Positions 9,175 to 18,702 of a stretch of 64,000 bases of DNA are shown one piece after another. Source of the DNA: a virus (Duplodnaviria > Heunggongvirae > Uroviricota > Caudoviricetes). Location: IMG/VR virus record IMGVR_UViG_3300042922_000270. One strand, given 5' to 3'. Numbering within the stretch: position 1 is the first letter of the stretch; each line of letters starts with the position of its first letter. The notes beneath the pieces were generated by a model. That model did not search any database. It saw only the letters and a list, made by a program, of their open reading frames with translations, and was not told the DNA's origin. The position numbers were made by a program, and so were the translations under genes.

Positions 9175-11229
9175 TTAGTGTGCCCAATACCTTTTAGTAG
9201 CTAGGGAGAATCCAGCAGGAACGATGCCCTTCAAGAAGTACTCTCCAGCATCCTTCATACACTCACCAACAATAGTCTCGTACCTGGTTACACAGTCTTC
9301 AACACCGTTCTCGTGACAATGATCTTTACAGTCCTGTTCACGCTTAGCGATATGCTCGGGATCTGTAATGTGACCTTCACGTACAAACTTTAGAGGACAG
9401 TTATCATCAGTCCTGAAGGTTACTAGTAACTCATCATGGATACAAGCAATAAGCTGCATCGGTAGATTATTATCCTGAATAACCTGGTCTAGCTTAATCA
9501 TAGCTAGTCTGGTCATCCAACTAGACAGTCCCTGAATCTGGAAGTTCATAGCAGCTCTATAGGCTGCATCTTTGTCACGGGTGTTCTCCGCAACAAACCT
9601 CATAGCGCCATTGGCTAACTTAGAGAAGCCCTGAGCTACACCTAGTTCACCATGGTACTTAAGCCACTTGGTAAGCTGAGGGAAGCGCTTCTCAAAACCT
9701 TTGATAAGGTCCTTGGCTTCCTTCTCGGAGATACCCCAATCATCAGCAAAGCCCTTAGCAGTCTTACCATAGGCTAGCGAGAACATTACGATCTTGCCAC
9801 GATCCCTATAGGTCTGCCCGTTACCGCCAGGAATCTTGTCTCTGACTTCGGCTAGAGAGATGTTAAACATACCCGCAGCAGCCTCACCATGTAAATCACC
9901 ATTCTCATTGAGAATCTTACACATAGCTTCGTCACCAGACATGGCAGCCATTACAGCTAGCTCTTGTCCTGAGAAGTCAGCGGAGCAAATAAGCCAACCC
10001 GGATCAGCCTCGAAACAGTAACGATAGTTAACGCTAGTCCCTGTAGACTTGTGTACCATGGTAACTTTTGAGGGGACCTGTTGGACGTTAGGAGAAGTGC
10101 AGCTAAATCTTCCGGTCGTAGCTCCTGAGATCTTAAAACCTGGATGGATTCGTCCAGTGACCGGATGGATATATTTCTCATAGTCAAACTGGGCCTGCTT
10201 GACCAGATTGTAAAAGTCAATAAGAGACGCAACGCCAGGATTGTTCTCTTTATACGCTTCCAGAGTTGTCTTCTGAACATTATCAATGTCTAGTCCTAGT
10301 TCCTGTAGCATGGGCAAGACCATTGCGGTCTTAGACATAAGTAGGTCCTTACCTGCTTTGCCTCCACCCCAAGGTAACTTAAAAGGTACAACCTCTGTGC
10401 CGTCATTATGTAAATCTACATAAGTGATAGCAATGGTCTGGCCGATCTTCTCATGGAAGAACTTACCAATCTGCTGCAACAAGCCAGGAATAGCGAAGTT
10501 AGCTGCTTCCTGACACATCGTATACATGTCTTTGTTAAAGGGGATCCCGTTATACTCCATACGAGCGGTAGGTAGGATTACCCCCATCTCTAGCTGGACT
10601 ACTTCAGGCATCTTGTAATCATTTACAAGAGTCCCATTTAGGATGTCCTTTAGCTCATGCAGGTTAACAACATCTAGGGCAGCATACTCTAGCTGTTCGT
10701 CTCTGAGGTCTGTAATAGACCAGTCAGAGATCTGTTCAGTCTTGTCTAGATTCAAACTCAAGAAGTCTCTTGAGATATCAGCTAGACCGTTACCGCGCTC
10801 CATGAATCCTACACCATTTCTGATTAGGATAGAAGCCTGCATGGTACACCAGACCTTTTTTAACCACACCCCAAGGGTGCCAGCAAACATCTTGATATCA
10901 AACTTAATGTTATGGCCAATCCACAAGACGTCATCTCTTACAAGAAGAGTCTTGAGTAGACTATGGTCTTCAAGTCTTAGTAGGTCTACCACATAGGGTA
11001 TAGTATCACGGCCCTTAAGTTGAATAAGTCTCACTCGGGCAGTATGGGGATCGAAAGCTGCAGGACCGGTCTTAGAACGATTATATTGATTATCGCAGTT
11101 AGGGTCTGAAGTCAGATATGTCTCAGAGTCGATAGCGATCTCTGTTTCTTTCTCCAGAGCAGCACACATATCTTTTAGCTGCTCAAGGGTCTCTACGTAA
11201 ATATAATCTTGGTTCTTAATTAGGTCCAT
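9175..11229 (-). CDS. DNA polymerase, family A (Pol I-like) with N-terminal 3'-5' exonuclease
   Basis: 684 aa; FSGQELAVMAAM (motif A-like), RDRGKIVMFSLAYGKTAKG (motif B R..K..F..YG), IHDELLV (motif C); exonuclease-like N-terminal domain. Confidence 0.8.
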   Translation of the reverse strand: MDLIKNQDYIYVETLEQLKDMCAALEKETEIAIDSETYLTSDPNCDNQYNRSKTGPAAFDPHTARVRLIQLKGRDTIPYVVDLLRLEDHSLLKTLLVRDDVLWIGHNIKFDIKMFAGTLGVWLKKVWCTMQASILIRNGVGFMERGNGLADISRDFLSLNLDKTEQISDWSITDLRDEQLEYAALDVVNLHELKDILNGTLVNDYKMPEVVQLEMGVILPTARMEYNGIPFNKDMYTMCQEAANFAIPGLLQQIGKFFHEKIGQTIAITYVDLHNDGTEVVPFKLPWGGGKAGKDLLMSKTAMVLPMLQELGLDIDNVQKTTLEAYKENNPGVASLIDFYNLVKQAQFDYEKYIHPVTGRIHPGFKISGATTGRFSCTSPNVQQVPSKVTMVHKSTGTSVNYRYCFEADPGWLICSADFSGQELAVMAAMSGDEAMCKILNENGDLHGEAAAGMFNISLAEVRDKIPGGNGQTYRDRGKIVMFSLAYGKTAKGFADDWGISEKEAKDLIKGFEKRFPQLTKWLKYHGELGVAQGFSKLANGAMRFVAENTRDKDAAYRAAMNFQIQGLSSWMTRLAMIKLDQVIQDNNLPMQLIACIHDELLVTFRTDDNCPLKFVREGHITDPEHIAKREQDCKDHCHENGVEDCVTRYETIVGECMKDAGEYFLKGIVPAGFSLATKRYWAH

Positions 11230-11555
11230 TAAACTGTAAATGCTAGTTCTAGCTCATCTTCTTTGAAACAAATATAATTGGAGGATACTGGACCATCTTT
11301 AACAATATAGATATGTCCGTCTTCAGTGTAGTAAGCATCATACTCATCCGAGTGATCAGCAAAGAATCCATAGGGCTCATCTAGCTCAAAGACCTTACCA
11401 ATCATGGCAAGCTTTAGCTCATAGTTGTTCTTCTGGTCTTCTTTGGAAATGTCCGGATCAATACTAGCTGCCTTAACTATAACTAGGTCACCCTCCCGGA
11501 ACTTATATCTACTTACCCATGTGCTTCTTGTAAAGGTCTCTTGCTTGGTATGCAT
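11229..11555 (-). CDS. small paralog-family protein (longer member)
   Basis: FREGDLVIVKAAS ... DELELAFTV. Confidence 0.55.
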   Translation of the reverse strand: MHTKQETFTRSTWVSRYKFREGDLVIVKAASIDPDISKEDQKNNYELKLAMIGKVFELDEPYGFFADHSDEYDAYYTEDGHIYIVKDGPVSSNYICFKEDELELAFTV

Positions 11556-11721
11556 AGTCTCTTGTCATACCGATAATCTTAGCTACATACTCCATATCAC
11601 TATCCGTTAGGTGAATAGCGTATGCTGTTAGGTAGTCCATTACCGCTTGGTGTTGGGCATCAGTAAGAACATCATTCATATTCTTAATGGCCAGTATTAA
11701 ATCTTTCTTGCTATCGCTCAT
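11509..11721 (-). CDS. hypothetical protein
   Basis: 70 aa ORF downstream of a terminator hairpin. Confidence 0.4.
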   Translation of the reverse strand: MSDSKKDLILAIKNMNDVLTDAQHQAVMDYLTAYAIHLTDSDMEYVAKIIGMTRDYAYQARDLYKKHMGK

Positions 11722-11729
11722 AATATAAA

Positions 11730-11751
11730 GGGAGCCCCCGAAGGGGCTCCC
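11730..11751 (-). terminator. rho-independent terminator hairpin
   Basis: GGGAGCCCC-CGAA-GGGGCTCCC perfect 9-bp stem followed on the minus strand by TTTATATTA; lies directly after the stop of the 11766..13205 gene. Confidence 0.7.
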
Positions 11752-11765
11752 ATAAAACTCTCTGA

Positions 11766-13205
11766 TTACTTCTTAGAAGACTTCTTAGAAGAAGCGGGCT
11801 TGCTTAGAGCCTCAGCAGCGTTAGCGATGTTAGTCGCATCTAGGCTGCTCTTCTTGTGCTGATCCATGAACTTCTTGGCTAGAGGACCCGCCTGGGTACC
11901 ATCAGCGCTCTTGTAGCGTAGGAGCTTGTCTCTCCAGAAACCGGCATTACCGTTCTCGTTGTAAAGCATCTTGCGCATCACGTCCATACCGATGTCCTCG
12001 GGGATGTACTCAATGAAGTTGCAGAGGTTCTCGACCTGCTGGGTGTCGAACTTCAGCTCTCTGTCGTTACAGACCTGAGCCATACGGAAACCAGTCATCA
12101 CGACTAGATCGTGCTTACGGGCCTTGATGTACTCTTCGAGCTTCTTCTTGGCTTCGGGCCAGGACTTGGAAGGCTTGGGAATCTCGTTCTCGTGCTGAGG
12201 ATCGTTAGAACCAAGAATCTCCCAGGGCTCGACGGGTAGATCACCCTCAAGAATCTGAGCGAGATTAGCCATCATGTTGGTGCCGAACATGGCCTCAGCG
12301 AAGTGGTTAAGCACGATACGGTCGTTCTTGATAACCGGGTACATGTGGTTGAACATCATGCGAGTACGGTCGTTGACCACGGGCTGAGGGAGGCTCTCCA
12401 TGACGGAGGGACAGGTCAGCTCGTCCTTGAACTTGTGGTAGTAGGTCTGGAGGTTGGGATCAACGTGCTGCTTGTAGAGCTGCTCGAAGTACGCCTCAAG
12501 GCTACGGCTGTAGGGAAGGTTAATGGAACGCGACATCTGCGCACCATCCAGTGAAGTGACCTTGTTACCCTTCACACCAGCAGGGTTGCTGGCTAGAGCA
12601 ATACCCCAAGTGGTGGGAAGCTTGGCATCGTTCCAGATACCAGTGTTCACAAACTCCATGAGACCGCCCAGGATGAAGCCCTGAGCACGGTTGTAGTCGT
12701 CCAGGAATAGGAGACCCATTGAATTCTCATTCATGGGGAAGCTTGAGGGAGTAGCAAGCGAAGTACGCTTGTTGCCCTGCTCGTCCTCGGTGACGGTGAC
12801 TAGACCGAATAGGTCAGCCACGTCAGTGATGGCACCGACGGTACGAACTAGGATCTTAAACTCGATGGGCTCGTCGCCCTCTTCACAGAAAGTCTCAGTC
12901 AGCCAATCCGACATGGTGTTACCGAATGCGTAGGTGATGGCTGACTTACCGTAGCCAGGAGCACCAACGAAGTTTAGAGGATAGATCTTAGGGTTGATCT
13001 CGCGAATGACACGATTGGTGATGGTACGGGTGTAGGTGTAGAATAGGGCTCTCTGATGCCAGTGAGCATTACCAGGGAATAGGTGCTGAGCAATGGCGGT
13101 GATCTCACCGGGGTTCATAGCACGAATGGCGGTTACAGCGCGTGAAACGGGAGTGGATGATACTGACGACACGGCCTTCTTAGCCTCCGATAGAGTGATG
13201 TTCAT
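11766..13205 (-). CDS. MoxR-like AAA+ ATPase (AAA_5 type)
   Basis: FVGAPGYGKSA Walker A; LLFLDDYNRAQ resembles the MoxR LLDEINRA Walker B/sensor region; Lys-rich C-terminus; GC-rich relative to surrounding DNA. Confidence 0.6.
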   Translation of the reverse strand: MNITLSEAKKAVSSVSSTPVSRAVTAIRAMNPGEITAIAQHLFPGNAHWHQRALFYTYTRTITNRVIREINPKIYPLNFVGAPGYGKSAITYAFGNTMSDWLTETFCEEGDEPIEFKILVRTVGAITDVADLFGLVTVTEDEQGNKRTSLATPSSFPMNENSMGLLFLDDYNRAQGFILGGLMEFVNTGIWNDAKLPTTWGIALASNPAGVKGNKVTSLDGAQMSRSINLPYSRSLEAYFEQLYKQHVDPNLQTYYHKFKDELTCPSVMESLPQPVVNDRTRMMFNHMYPVIKNDRIVLNHFAEAMFGTNMMANLAQILEGDLPVEPWEILGSNDPQHENEIPKPSKSWPEAKKKLEEYIKARKHDLVVMTGFRMAQVCNDRELKFDTQQVENLCNFIEYIPEDIGMDVMRKMLYNENGNAGFWRDKLLRYKSADGTQAGPLAKKFMDQHKKSSLDATNIANAAEALSKPASSKKSSKK

Positions 13206-13216
13206 TTTCTGTTAAA

Positions 13217-13462
13217 TTACTTTCTTCTGTTGTAGTTACGAGCCGCTTCAAGGGCCTCTAACTTAGAGTTGAAAAACTTGTAGAGTAGAGTTCGGTTACC
13301 CAGTAACCTTTGAGCCTCTAGTTCTTTCCAATGTACTGTTCTAGTACCCGAAGGTGAACCATACCTTGAGATGTAAGCTCCCAGAGCTTTAGCGTACTCC
13401 TCCCTAGACTGGGGGAGTGTTACAGACTTACCAAGAAGTCTATTGATTAAGTCTTTGATCAA
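13217..13462 (-). CDS. hypothetical protein
   Basis: 81 aa ORF. Confidence 0.4.
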   Translation of the reverse strand: MIKDLINRLLGKSVTLPQSREEYAKALGAYISRYGSPSGTRTVHWKELEAQRLLGNRTLLYKFFNSKLEALEAARNYNRRK

Positions 13463-13926
13463 ATGTTAATAGAACCGTTGTTGATGTAATCGTAGACCTG
13501 CTTGAGGCTAGGAAGCTTCTTGAGGTTTAGTCTACGCTTAGCGTGCTTTCTGATAGTTAGGGGATTAGGAAGCTCATCGGTAGCGGATTGGTCTTTGTAT
13601 GCCCAACCAGCAGCAACCTTAGGAACACCGTTAACATCCGAGTATTCTTTAAAGACCAGGAATACATCGTTACTGAAGTTAGTGTAGTGACAGGCAGAAC
13701 AGGCTGCTACGTTATAACCAAACGAGTCAGACCTAGTATTATACTTCCTTCTGCTAGTGTCCCCACAGTAGCCACAGGGCTCAGTGTAAGACACTACACC
13801 ACCACCAGGGAGTCTACCAATATATCTCTGAGCGTGAGTGTTACCCGCAACTGGGGTAGAAGGGAAATTTGATAGTACAGCCATTCTTCTTCTTTCTGTT
13901 TTAGAGGAGGGGACGAGCCCCTCCAA
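13459..13926 (-). CDS. Cys-rich hypothetical protein (possible Zn-binding)
   Basis: 155 aa; CGYCGD...CSACH cysteine clusters. Confidence 0.45.
   Translation of the reverse strand: MEGLVPSSKTERRRMAVLSNFPSTPVAGNTHAQRYIGRLPGGGVVSYTEPCGYCGDTSRRKYNTRSDSFGYNVAACSACHYTNFSNDVFLVFKEYSDVNGVPKVAAGWAYKDQSATDELPNPLTIRKHAKRRLNLKKLPSLKQVYDYINNGSINI
13905..13923. terminator. GC-rich intergenic hairpin (terminator or processing site)
   Basis: GGAGGGG-ACGAG-CCCCTCC, 7-bp stem; no clear U-tract. Confidence 0.4.
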
Positions 13927-13939
13927 TATTAGTTACCGT

Positions 13940-14065
13940 TTAGAGCTTGGAGTTGAGCTTGTCCATGACGTCCTTTACAGACACCATGACCCTTGTCACA
14001 AACTTAGTGACAATGGACTTACCCGTATCAACGATCTGGGTAGCAAGATCTTTAACTTGATCCAT
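13940..14065 (-). CDS. small hypothetical protein (41 aa)
   Basis: Unlisted ORF MDQVKDLATQIVDTGKSIVTKFVTRVMVSVKDVMDKLNSKL preceded by AAGG Shine-Dalgarno; fills an otherwise empty gap. Confidence 0.35.
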   Translation of the reverse strand: MDQVKDLATQIVDTGKSIVTKFVTRVMVSVKDVMDKLNSKL

Positions 14066-14078
14066 TTAGATTACCTTT

Positions 14079-15794
14079 TTAGGTGCCTAGCTTCTTGGCC
14101 TTGTTCTTGAAGTAGATAAGGTCTCCAACATATTTCTCGTTAGTGATCTCTTTACTGCCGTCAGGCCATTTGCTAGTCTCACGTGTAAACACGTATAGTA
14201 GGGGAAGGTCGAAGTTACCCTTAGACATGAAGCTGCTCTGAGGCAGCTCACCATCTGTAAAGTTAACAACACCACCAATATCGAGAGAACCGTTCCCTCT
14301 CATTTCCTGAATCATGTTGAATGCGTCAGACATGCAGGTACCGCCATAACCGTGACGGTCAAAGTTCTCAACGTCACCGTCGCCTTCCTCGTCAAACCAG
14401 TATGCAGACTGAACAGCCGCATCACAGTTGATAAGGTAAACAGCAGTGTTGAACGTAGAAGTTAGCTCTACCAGCTCGGCCATGAACTTACCGAACTCTG
14501 CATCGCTTACTGATCCAGAGGTATCACAGACCACAGCAATAGCTGAGTTGGGCTGCATTACAAACTTACCAGGAAGGTCATACTTATTTAGACGGGTACG
14601 CTTAGACTTAAGATCACAAGTACCGATACCGCCGACGAACCTTCTTAGGTTCTCCTGCCAATCAATCTCAGGCTCTAGAGCTTTGATCTTATTACCGATC
14701 TGACCAGCAATATCGCCGGGAAGACCAGTCATACCTTCGTGGTGGGACTTAGCATGAGCAGCAGCTTGAGCCTCGTACTGACGTACAATCTCCTTCTCCT
14801 CAGGGCTTAGGTCTTCCCAGTGCTTGTGGTTGGTGTAACCGTTAAGCTCGTCTAGTAGTTCATCTACCGTAGAGCCGCCGCCAGATCCTCCCTGGCCTCC
14901 GGGCTGCTGGCCAGAACCATTGCAGCAATCACAAGGTTCACTACCGCCAGCACCATGCCCGCCAGGACTAGAACCACCAGAGCCACCTTGGCCCTGACCT
15001 TCCCCGCTGCCGTCGCCGTCTCCAGGCTGGTCACCAGAGTCTCCGCCCTGCTGTCCATCTTGAGAATCACCCTTGTCACCAGGCTGTTGACCATCCTGAC
15101 CCTGCTGACCTTCCTGGGAGTCTTGACCATCTTTCTTCTCTTTCTTACCAGTACCGCCACACTCTTGGCACGGACCAGGCTTCTGCTTTTGGCGCTTCTT
15201 GTTCTCTTCCTCTAGCTTCTCTAGAAGCCAGTTGAAGTAGAATAGAGCATTCTCATCAGCCTTAGGAGGGGCACACTTAAACGCTTCTCCTAGCACCTCG
15301 GGAGTAATACACTTAACGTCTTGCTCAGGAGCTTCGTTTAGAATACCCTTACCTGCGGGCAGAGCGTACTTCATCGCTACTACCTGCTGGTTGATAGTAC
15401 AGTCGGTAGCAATGTTCCAAATCTTAGGGTGAGTACGAGCCTGCTCATAATGCAGGTGGTCATACACGATATGAAGAATCTCGTGCACCACTAGCCCTGA
15501 GGCCTGTAGCAGGTCTAGATTCATAAAGTTATCAGGATTAATAAATAGTTTACCAATGGGACTTGAAGGAGTGAAGCCCACCGCAGCCAGGGCTAGAGGA
15601 CTCTTACCACCCATAGGCAGATCAAATCCATCAGTTTCTGTATATCTTAGACTCTGAGCAAAGGTGTGGAAGAATGCGTGTGCAGGCTTCTTAACCTCGT
15701 TGCTACCCTCTACTCTCCAGCTCAGCATGATAAACGCTAGAGCTTCAGAATAACGGTCACGTGCGCTCTGAAGAGACTCTTCATCGAAGAACAT
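14079..15794 (-). CDS. metallopeptidase-VWA protein (DUF2201/CoxE-like, partner of the MoxR ATPase)
   Basis: HEILHIVYDH HExxH zinc motif in the N-terminal half; Gly/Gln/Asp/Ser-rich low-complexity linker; C-terminal vWA MIDAS motif VVCDTSGSVSD. Confidence 0.65.
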   Translation of the reverse strand: MFFDEESLQSARDRYSEALAFIMLSWRVEGSNEVKKPAHAFFHTFAQSLRYTETDGFDLPMGGKSPLALAAVGFTPSSPIGKLFINPDNFMNLDLLQASGLVVHEILHIVYDHLHYEQARTHPKIWNIATDCTINQQVVAMKYALPAGKGILNEAPEQDVKCITPEVLGEAFKCAPPKADENALFYFNWLLEKLEEENKKRQKQKPGPCQECGGTGKKEKKDGQDSQEGQQGQDGQQPGDKGDSQDGQQGGDSGDQPGDGDGSGEGQGQGGSGGSSPGGHGAGGSEPCDCCNGSGQQPGGQGGSGGGSTVDELLDELNGYTNHKHWEDLSPEEKEIVRQYEAQAAAHAKSHHEGMTGLPGDIAGQIGNKIKALEPEIDWQENLRRFVGGIGTCDLKSKRTRLNKYDLPGKFVMQPNSAIAVVCDTSGSVSDAEFGKFMAELVELTSTFNTAVYLINCDAAVQSAYWFDEEGDGDVENFDRHGYGGTCMSDAFNMIQEMRGNGSLDIGGVVNFTDGELPQSSFMSKGNFDLPLLYVFTRETSKWPDGSKEITNEKYVGDLIYFKNKAKKLGT

Positions 15795-15815
15795 GTATTT
15801 AGTTTCTACCTTTTC

Positions 15816-16451
15816 TTAGTTGTAATAATAATAGTTGTTTAAGAGCTTACCAGGTAAGAAGCTATCTAGAGCTGCGACGATCTCTAGTAAGACTTCTTTA
15901 GGCTCTTGGTAACCATCCACCCTGATGATTCTGTGTTTGAATTGTTCTGCCAAGTAATCGTAACCACGATCTACCCTGTCAGCAAAGTCTTCACCATACT
16001 TCTCGGCTAACCTAGGGGTCTCTCCCCTCTCTTTAAGCCTTCTGATTGATTCAGCCTTAGTTATATCCAAAAGTATAGTCTTCTGGGGCCTATAGTTACC
16101 TATAGCAAAGTCAGTAACCTTTACAATCTCATGTAGAGGCAGACCTCTAACAAGACCCTGGTATACATAACTAGAGTCAACGTACCTATCTAGGACAACC
16201 CATTGACCCTGATCTAGGAGAGGTATGATCTTCTCTTCTAGGCACTGAGCAAAGTCAGCATGATATAGTAACATCTGGGCTTTAGCTGTGAGGTCCTGAC
16301 TTAGCAGAACATCTCTAAAAGACCCATATGGGAACTTAATGTAAGATGCTCGCACACCACACTTGTTCATGTGATCTACGAGCATCTTGGCTTGTGTTGT
16401 TTTACCGGCACCTTCGCGGCCAGCTTCGAAACTGATTATATTATGAATCAT
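15816..16451 (-). CDS. tmk: thymidylate kinase
   Basis: FEAGREGAGKTTQ P-loop typical of Tmk; DRYVDSSYVYQG matches the Tmk DRY..SS.AYQG motif. Confidence 0.85.
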   Translation of the reverse strand: MIHNIISFEAGREGAGKTTQAKMLVDHMNKCGVRASYIKFPYGSFRDVLLSQDLTAKAQMLLYHADFAQCLEEKIIPLLDQGQWVVLDRYVDSSYVYQGLVRGLPLHEIVKVTDFAIGNYRPQKTILLDITKAESIRRLKERGETPRLAEKYGEDFADRVDRGYDYLAEQFKHRIIRVDGYQEPKEVLLEIVAALDSFLPGKLLNNYYYYN

Positions 16452-16642
16452 ATTGTAAACATCGGTTCAAGGTCTTTGGGCTTATACCAGCTACCTTTAG
16501 ATGGCTTCTCTAGTTCGATGTCGCCATCAGTGTAGATATAGGAAATCTGAAAGATCTTACCTATATCCGTAGCTATACCATAAGCACAATAACTCTTAAC
16601 TAAGACTAAATCTCCGACGTTATACCTCGCGGAAGGTGACAA
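16448..16642 (-). CDS. small paralog-family protein
   Basis: YNVGDLVLVKSY ... DLEPMFTI. Confidence 0.6.
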   Translation of the reverse strand: MSPSARYNVGDLVLVKSYCAYGIATDIGKIFQISYIYTDGDIELEKPSKGSWYKPKDLEPMFTI

Positions 16643-17036
16643 GTATATCTACCCCATAATGAAAATCATCATAGCCACCCTTAATCTCGAAGATATTAGC
16701 TTCAGCAGATAGAATCTCTTCAGCTAAGTACTTAAAGACATGCTTGGCTTGGTCCCTAGCCAAATAGGCTATGTGATTGTCCTCATCATCAAAGACAGCA
16801 ACCGCAGTGGGGTCATCATGCTTATTAGTCTTAATCCCTAAAGGATCTAGACGTAACACAACCTTCTGACCTCTGGTTAAGGTTTCGAAGTTATAACCAG
16901 ACTTGGTGGTCCCTGCAAGAGTGAAGACTCTCTTGATGGTCTGCTTAGCTTTAGGAATAGGACTCTTAGCTACTGCAGGCTCGTTGCTATCAAACTTTCT
17001 GCCGGACTTACCGCCGGTTAATTTATCAAAACTCAA
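16620..17036 (-). CDS. hypothetical protein
   Basis: 138 aa ORF. Confidence 0.45.
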   Translation of the reverse strand: MSFDKLTGGKSGRKFDSNEPAVAKSPIPKAKQTIKRVFTLAGTTKSGYNFETLTRGQKVVLRLDPLGIKTNKHDDPTAVAVFDDEDNHIAYLARDQAKHVFKYLAEEILSAEANIFEIKGGYDDFHYGVDILVTFREV

Positions 17037-17066
17037 TTTAATTAATATCTCTGATTAGTAATAATA

Positions 17067-17594
17067 TTACATTGTGAAGACTGGCTTCACGCTTGAGGGC
17101 CAGCACACAACTGTGTTAGGCTTACCGTTGCGGGGACCCTTAATTTCGATCTGGAAGTGTGTGTAGCCGCTATTATTACCGCCACCATACACCTTTGTGA
17201 TCTCACCAACCTTGCCCTTGAACCTGTCTGTACCCCCACTAGTGGGTTCGTTCCAGTAGTAGCTTGAGTACTTACCATTACGAGTATTTACAGGCCCGAT
17301 GATCTGAACAATGTCCTTCTCATTAAGGCTGTCAGAGTCCTTAGCTTCCTCGGGATAGCTTAGACTCTCTAGGTTGAAGATAAGCTTTTTATAGGAGTAG
17401 ACTTCATGAAAATCATGGTAGACTATCCCAGTACCTATGTTTTTACTAAGTTGGGTTCTAATAAGAACCTCTTTACCTTGGAAGAACTCTAGCTCTTCCC
17501 CAACAGGTGTATAGATAAGTCCTAGGTTATCATCCATTAACTGAAATGGCCCTGTGAGGACTAGATGCTCACCCGGTCTAATTCTTTCAATCAT
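17067..17594 (-). CDS. paralog-family protein, extended 175-aa form (tandem duplicate A)
   Basis: GEHLVLTGPF N-terminus; ends CWPSSVKPVFTM; paralogous to the next gene. Confidence 0.55.
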   Translation of the reverse strand: MIERIRPGEHLVLTGPFQLMDDNLGLIYTPVGEELEFFQGKEVLIRTQLSKNIGTGIVYHDFHEVYSYKKLIFNLESLSYPEEAKDSDSLNEKDIVQIIGPVNTRNGKYSSYYWNEPTSGGTDRFKGKVGEITKVYGGGNNSGYTHFQIEIKGPRNGKPNTVVCWPSSVKPVFTM

Positions 17595-18121
17595 ATACTA
17601 AACATGACCTCCACTGATGAAGGCCAACATATAGCATAACTATCGAAACTACCGTTCTTCTTAAAGATCTTTAGAGATAGATGCTGACTCAGGTTCTTAG
17701 CTGAATCAGGGTTCTTCTCAAACCAAGCTTTATGGGAGGGAGACATATAGTTCTCGACCACTTCAGCTAGCCTACCTATATACCGATTAGTATATCGATC
17801 GTCAGGCCTATCATGGTATTGGGGCGGGCCACTTCGCGTGGACACCGGTCCAGTAATTGTTACTAGTGCTCCAATCCCCAGGAAGTTGGTATCAACCTGG
17901 TCGTTGGCCTTTGTTACGTGTTGCTTGCCAGCGTAGACTCTGGTCTTTTCTTTCTTGCTAAACAGTTCTAACGTTAGTACAGGTAAGTCATATACGCTCT
18001 TCACGAATGCTCTACGGCCCTTATACTTGTCCGTTGTAATAAACATGTCGGTAGTCTCATCATATTCGTGAACTAGGTTCTCGACTATAACAATGTCACC
18101 GTTACTTAAATCTAAACTCAC
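17591..18121 (-). CDS. paralog-family protein, extended 176-aa form (tandem duplicate B)
   Basis: SNGDIVIVENLV N-terminus; ends CWPSSVEVMFSI. Confidence 0.55.
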   Translation of the reverse strand: MSLDLSNGDIVIVENLVHEYDETTDMFITTDKYKGRRAFVKSVYDLPVLTLELFSKKEKTRVYAGKQHVTKANDQVDTNFLGIGALVTITGPVSTRSGPPQYHDRPDDRYTNRYIGRLAEVVENYMSPSHKAWFEKNPDSAKNLSQHLSLKIFKKNGSFDSYAICWPSSVEVMFSI

Positions 18122-18522
18122 TCTTTACCGAGTACCCTTAGGTGTAGTCGTTCGACAGTCCGAATGATACGCCTGTAATTTTCTATCTGTAACTTCTTAT
18201 AGGGGTCCTCAAGAGTATGTAGTAGCCGCTTGAAGCCCTCTAACATCTTAGCTGTATCCTTTATGGATTGAGCTTTCTGTTCCTCATTAAGGTGGGGCTT
18301 CTCTTTGACCGGTCTTCTAAGCTTCTGCTTAGTCTCTCGAAGGACAACGTGCAGTTCTTTCTTACTGTGCACACAATCATGACACGCACGACACAGTAAA
18401 ACTTTATTAGCTGGTTCGTTAATGTTCTCTGATCCATTGGGATATGACTCCCTAAAGTTCTCAGGATGAATGTGATGCTCAGTAAGGAATTGAATACTGA
18501 AACAGACTGCACACTGTCTCAT
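18118..18522 (-). CDS. HNH endonuclease
   Basis: CAVC ... HHIHP ... N ... CRACHDCVH, HNH/Zn-finger pattern. Confidence 0.7.
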   Translation of the reverse strand: MRQCAVCFSIQFLTEHHIHPENFRESYPNGSENINEPANKVLLCRACHDCVHSKKELHVVLRETKQKLRRPVKEKPHLNEEQKAQSIKDTAKMLEGFKRLLHTLEDPYKKLQIENYRRIIRTVERLHLRVLGKE

Positions 18523-18528
18523 TTTTAC

Positions 18529-18702
18529 CTACCGTCCGCAGTTATTGCTGATCATTGGTCTTGACCCTTTTGTTGTTAGTGATAGACTTAGCAAAAGTCT
18601 TGAAGCCTTGCTGTAGCTCATCTAGAGTTACAGTCTTACCGGTATTAGCCTTTAGGAACCTAGCGGCTAGTTTCTGATTATTCTTCTCTCTCTTATCGGT
18701 CA
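18529..18702 (-). CDS. small hypothetical protein (57 aa)
   Basis: Unlisted ORF MTDKREKNNQKLAARFLKANTGKTVTLDELQQGF...; start abuts the DHFR stop (TAATG). Confidence 0.4.
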
